This document shows, piece after piece, positions 51,875 to 57,616 of a DNA stretch of 57,616 bases. How positions within the stretch are numbered: position 1 is the first letter of the stretch; every line of letters begins with the position of its first letter. A program made the translations under genes and the position numbers. Origin of the DNA: Vermamoeba vermiformis (lineage: Eukaryota); the NCBI GenBank assembly GCA_045837725.1, contig JBEWZL010000203.1, positions 62,001-119,616 of the forward strand, in the 5' to 3' direction. Under the pieces are notes generated by a model that did not search any database, had not been told where the DNA came from, and was given only the letters and a program-made list of their open reading frames with translations.

Positions 51875-52650
51875 TTACCCTTCAGTTCGCCGTAGTGGTT
51901 GAAGCCAGCTGTAGTGGGCAGTAACGTGCCATGGGTTTTAATGGCATGACAGATGCTGCGGATCAAAGGAACTGGCTGAACAAATGGATTAGCCACGAGT
52001 GTAATACATATTAAAAAAACAATTGCTTACCAGAAATTAATTGTGCGTGAGAATTACCAAAGCTTAGGAGAAGTCTTGGTCGATCTGCTGCAGGACTTGG
52101 GAGATTCGTTAGTTGGACGCGAAAAAATTAATTAAAACTGGCTTACCTAGCTGCTGGAGGCTTGGTCACAAGGGGCAGTAATACACGAAAATGCAATAAC
52201 GTGCACTGTGTAGATGATGAGAGCGTCAGTACCCTACAAATGGTGAGCGTTAGATGCCGCGCAGTTGATCATTAATTTAAAATTTTATTCGCTTACCTAA
52301 CGCTCCTTGCCTCACCTCCGCCACTCTTATGTTACAACCATATTAATTGGATCTTCTTGAAGTGCCAGTCCCAACTGAAGCCTAAAAACGACAAGGACAT
52401 CTGGCGTAGCTATTTAAATCTAGAAAAAATATTAAAAAATTCCGAACTGGTCAATTATTAAATTATTTAATAATAAAGCTTACCACTCCAGTGCACCCCC
52501 ACTTACAGAATAACTTGGGTTGGTGGCATCCGTGGACACGATTGCGGCAGCGCAACTAGCAGCAACATGGGTGTAGGGTAGAACGATCTACAACTTTTAA
52601 AAAATAATACCAATAATTTACGACAGGTGTGGTTGTGGTCGTGTTTATGT
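51875..52650 (-). ncRNA. Putative spliced transcript without a continuous ORF, divergent from the downstream array
   Basis: GTAAG donors on the minus strand near 52483, 52296, 52146, 52031 and 51878 with AT-rich introns. The exon joins tested hit stop codons. Confidence 0.35.
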
Positions 52651-52828
52651 CGAGAGAAACGAGACTTTTGAAATTAAATGAAGAAATTTACGTTGTCTGC
52701 CGTGCCAGGTTTTTTCCGAGCACGGGACGCAATTTTAGCAGCCACGTGCTGTCGACGAATGTCGGTTTTCACGGTTTGACTAAATCAGGAAGTGACCGTT
52801 ACAAATACCCCAGCGAGATTCGCACACT

Positions 52829-54905
52829 ATGACAGATCGACCACAAGTTTGATTTATTTATTTACAGCATATAATAGCGCGTCACGGTATCAGAACCGTT
52901 CAGCGAGAGTTATTTGGATGACAAGTTGATGCGATATTCAGCTTCGCATCAGATCGACCACAATGGTCGAGATATTATCATTATTATTATTATTATCAAT
53001 AATAAACACGCGCCAACCGACAACAAGCATCATTCCAGCGCAAGACAAAGCGCGAGCTCAAGCTGCGTGAATCTCGGTGCAGAGACCGAGATAAATCAAG
53101 GTAATATTATTTTACTACCCTCCCACCTCATATATATTATTACTATAATGTAAATTTATTATTGCAATTTTCAAATATGTTCAGGATCGAGTTGTAATTC
53201 GATTCACTAGATCTCGACCACCAACGGTCGTTTAATATTGTCTACAACGTTGTTGCTCATGCGCAGTCTTTCTTTTGGTTGTTTGAACGCGTCAGTATCA
53301 ATGGTAACTTGTCGGCACTGATCGCAGCCATTATTCGTCGAAGAACAAGCACCGCGAACACGTAAGTACTATTTCTATTTATTTTCATATTTACGTTGTT
53401 AATAATATTATATTTAGTAACCTGTGCGGATTCTTCAAGATCCGAATGCGAAGTTGCGTGAGATCGGTATTGGTTTGGAAACTGTTGTCCGCGTCGTAAG
53501 TTAATACAGAGATAGATATTGTGTATGATTACTAATTGATAATATTGTTATAGCTTTAACCCCTCATGATAGGGACTGACGCGATGGTTAAGATCACGGT
53601 GCGCGACGATCCAGTCATTTTATGTAACGATGGATCGAACGGTCGATCAACGGACTGCCATCATCGCTTGCTTCTCATTTATGAAAGAGTAAGTACGTGA
53701 CTAATATCGATATAGAAAGTATTAAAGCTTTATTAATTAGAAGTGATCGAGCCCAAGTAACGCGATTGAGAAATGCGTTGCTCGATCCGTTCCAATGTTA
53801 TTGGTCGCAGTCTCTAACGCATCAAAGGTACGTAAATCAAAAAAAAAGACATCAAGTATAATTAAATTAACGTTTGTCTTAGTAGAAATGGTAACGTCGT
53901 TGAACTCGACGTGGATGTCGCGACTCACGTTCTGCTTGGCTGTTTATTTCGACCGCAAAGTACGCAAACGCATTTATAATGATATTTACTAACACTTATT
54001 AAATCAGGAAGGGTAAAAACAACCCGCGAGGAAAAGTAACGAGCAGTACGAATATCCGCGAACCAGCAGCGGATTCAACTTTTGATTAAGCGCATCGATC
54101 ACGCTAATGGTAAGTTCAATGCGTTCAAAATACCTAATGTAAACGAATACTAATGCTAATACTTCATTTAAGACTTACACGGGTGAGAGCACGGGATCGC
54201 TCACAGATCGAGATTTATTTAAACTTCGCGTGACTGCTGTGACTCCTAGACGCGGTAAGGAAGGATATAGTCTACTGTGCATAGTGCTAACACCTTAATA
54301 ATCTAGAGTTGCATACGGCGCTGGTTAGGCTTTGTAGACGCGGATCGAGACTCTTTGACCTCGATCCATAAGAAGTTGACAGAGCGCTGCGATTGCATTA
54401 AAAGTAAGTAAAACGCGTTTCATACCAATATTATAACTTACTGATATTCATTTTATTTTAGGTAAGAGTGCGCATTAGCTATTTTTACGGATGCTGTGCG
54501 ATCTGACACGAGTAATTCTCCTAATACATGACGAACAATAGACCCGTAAGTAATATCTGAAGACTATACTATATAGAGACTAACATGATATTGCAACAGA
54601 TTTGCGAAAGCAGCTGAAATGGCGAAGAAATGCGATCCAACTTGAGCGGATTCGAATCCGAGAAAATACACTAGCCGTAAGTTAATTTATTGGTTCATAA
54701 TGATAAATACATTTATTAACATGTTTATATAACCAGAGTCGATCAATGAAGAGTCAATTTGCTCACTGATCCTCGAGACTTCCAATTGTTGAGAACGCAC
54801 CTAGATCTTGCTAGAAATTTTAAATTGTAAAAAGTAATAAAAACTACTTATACATTATAAAATTGATAAAAGTGCTCCCTCGGGAGGACCTAACCACAAA
54901 GATCT
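52829..54905 (+). ncRNA. Putative multi-exon non-coding unit 1
   Basis: 11 canonical donors (53101, 53362, 53496, 53689, 53828, 53960, 54110, 54255, 54404, 54546, 54677) with AG acceptors. Exons at 53554 and 54008 have stops in all frames. AATAAA at ~54836. Confidence 0.5.
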
Positions 54906-54929
54906 GTTCTGTTATTTTTGTTTAAAAGT

Positions 54930-56580
54930 TAATCTGATACGGATCGAGCTTAGTGCTCGTAATTTAAACTGATTTTATATTGTATATCGTTTTATTAATT
55001 ATATTACAGTATATTAACGCTTAATTTTCAATACAGAAACTCGTCGCAATTTTCTAAAGCGATCGAAAGTTCCAATCCCTTTCGATGCGCGAGATCCCGA
55101 CCACCAATGGTCGTTTCACGGTATACTGGCTCTTTCCGTTCGTGTCCCATTGCTGGGACCATCACCACTGCTCGCCGATGGGGTTGGTAACTTGATGGCG
55201 AGTTCGGATGCGTTGGACGCATCAGAATAATTGGTAAGGTCAATTGTAATAATAATTACAATCAATAAGACGCAGGGAATGCGTCAATTTAAAATTTGAA
55301 ATTACACGTATAATTTAAAATAACCAATTATATGGATCGAGCTTCGTGCTCGTGTAAAATTGAAATTGTTATTCATTTTATTATTAAAACAATATGTTAA
55401 TCCTTCTTTTATAGGTAATTGGAACGTCAGAACTAATGCGCGAGCTCTAAACGTGAAGTCAATCGCTCATGGCCAGTAGCAAATCAAGCGTAAGTAGATT
55501 AAATCTTGTATTTTATTGTTATTTAATATTCTAACATGGTTTATTTAGGCTTTGGAAATTCACGATGATGGATCTTGAACGCGATCTTCTCGCGTTAACA
55601 GATCAATTATATCGACAGTAATTGGCCGGTAAGTATTCCCAGCACTAGATACCGAGCAACACTAACACTTTGTTTAATTAGATATGGGCAGAGCAAGCAC
55701 TCAGTAAAATTAACGAGATCGAGATCCGTCACATCTCGATCCTTGAAAATTTATATGGCGTGCAGCGATTACTCTGAAGGTGAATAATACCCTTATTTAT
55801 TTATATTTCAACTCATTGATACTAATTAGATGTCTCAGGAAATGACACAGAGCTGGGGCCAGAGATCGGGTCCGACATCCCGATCTCTCAGAAGTTCAGT
55901 GACGCATCGATCGCGTCAAAAGTAAGTAGAATGCATTAAAATTTAATATCAAAGCCAATATTAAGATTATTCTTTATTTAGGATTTATTCGGATAGGATC
56001 GTCGGATCGCTCGCAGCACTCGATCTGCTGTTGAATTAATCTGCGCAGCAATTGCACCGAAAGTAAGTCCAAAGCGCACACATCTATCAAATATAATATT
56101 AATATCTTTTATTATAGTAGATAGCACGAGACTGACTTAGCAGAAGAGGTGCACGGGATCTGACGTGCTTAATTTTCACGGTAGACGAAGATTCAATACC
56201 CGTAAGTAATATATGGCGATTAAATTATATCAACTAATAGAATGTGACAGTAGATTGGCTAAAATAGCTGAAGTGGCAAAGAAATGCGATCCGCAACTTC
56301 ACGGATTTGCAACTGGAAACTTAGCTCGTGGTAAGTGATTTTACATTTAATTTTAGATTCATAATTACTAATTCATTAATTTTATTAGCGAATGGATCCC
56401 AGAGCTTGGCTTTTGTTCTGGTACTGCACTGATCCTGGATCCACGAGACTCGGCTATTTTTCGATCACGTCTGGATCTTGAGCAAAAGATTTAAGTATTG
56501 TAAACTGTAATAGGACTTTAAATAAAAGAGATTACTTTTTAATGCATAATAAAGTTGATCACTTCACAAAGATCTGGATG
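54930..56580 (+). ncRNA. Putative multi-exon non-coding unit 2, paralog of unit 1
   Basis: Donors at 55234, 55490, 55629, 55780, 55922, 56063, 56202 and 56331. The last exons align with unit 1. AATAAA at ~56521. Confidence 0.5.
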
Positions 56581-56596
56581 CCGTTATTTTTACACT

Positions 56597-57616
56597 TTGA
56601 CAGATCGACCACAAGGGTCAATTTATTAATTTGTTATTGATTATTAACATATGATAGTTATGCGCCACGGTTGCAGCGGCCGTTCAGCGCGAGTTATTTT
56701 GATTTGAACTTGGATTCGCATTAGATCGACCACAAGGGTCGAATTATTATAGTATTTAGTTCATTGTGTATATTATACACGCGCCCAACGATATTCAGCG
56801 TCGTTGCAGCGCGAGGCTTCAGCGTGGATCTTTCGGTCGCTAAATCTCCGACCGGTAAGTTAAAGTTTTGATGGCGGTGTAGTTAATAACTTACTTCCAC
56901 CATTTATAAGAATATAATAACATTAAATAGAGGTCAATTTTTTTTGCTATTTTTGGAATCAATTCGGATCCAGCTTAGTGCTCGAAAATTAATAATAAAA
57001 CTATTTTCTAACGATTATATGGACCCTATTAATATATGCTAATCGTTTTTTTTTATTATAGAACACGACACGAAAAAATTACCGCGATCGAAAGTTTTAT
57101 TTTCTTTCGATTTGCTGGATCTCGACCACCAATGGTCGTTAATTATTATTCAATGCTGTTTCGTTCGTCTCCTGCATTAGTTAGTATCCTCACTGCTCGC
57201 TCATGGGCTCGCTAACTCGTTGCCGCGATCGGATGCGTGGGACGCGTCCAAATAATAAGTAAGTAATTTTTTTAATATACCATATATTAGTAAGACGCAA
57301 TCAATGCGTCGATTTAATATTTAAAATAATTGTTAAAGTTTTAAAAATTTAAAATCACGGATCGAGCTTCGTGCTCGTATTAAATTTAAATTATTGTTAT
57401 TTTATTATTCATACAATATTTTTAATGCGTATTTAAAGTTTATTTGAGCGTCAGTGTAAAGACGCTAGTTCTAGATCGAGCGCGAGGGAGTTCGCTCGAT
57501 GACCGATAGTGAATCAAGTGTAAGTAGCTTAGATCTTTTATTTTATTATTATTTAATTTTCTAATGCATCTTATTTAGGTTTTACAAATTCACAGACGGA
57601 TCTCGAACGCGATCTT
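56597..57616 (+). ncRNA. Putative multi-exon non-coding unit 3, truncated by the window end
   Basis: The start matches 52829-53050 and the rest matches 54940-55590. Donors at 56855, 57259 and 57520. Confidence 0.5.

Noticed and set aside
52974-53003. (ATT)n run encoding poly-Ile in ORF 52914-53153
   Set aside because: Simple microsatellite with no support for coding.
52829-57616. Protein gene using a reassigned stop codon
   Set aside because: TAA, TAG and TGA all interrupt the frames, frames do not stay consistent across junctions, and neighbouring genes use the standard code.

Overview
Intron-rich eukaryotic DNA, very likely amoebozoan: it carries a close homolog of the Dictyostelium 34-kDa actin-bundling protein. 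Introns are mostly ~50-60 nt GT-AG with CTAAY branch points. Bases 1-44974 hold about 16 tightly packed genes: F-box-like, START, C2+EF-hand, ABP34, a LeuRS-like pseudoenzyme, a Cys-repeat surface protein, ERCC8/CSA, a kexin-like protease, F-box+degenerate SNF2, VWA8, a 2OG-Fe(II)/F-box/RhoGEF fusion, RING-TRAF, a second F-box-like gene, a coiled-coil protein, PLD3 and a CTL/SLC44 transporter. From ~45 kb the sequence changes abruptly. A CpG-depleted mobile-element-like block carries a Zn-finger/chromo-like/putative tyrosine-recombinase ORF, 42-bp direct repeats and several palindrome arrays, one with a repeat-spacer layout. It is followed by a tandem family of multi-exon, GATC-rich units that keep canonical splice sites and conserved hairpins but have no continuous ORF. 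Gene models were spliced by eye. CDS coordinates are first-to-last codon spans including introns, and no database search was run.
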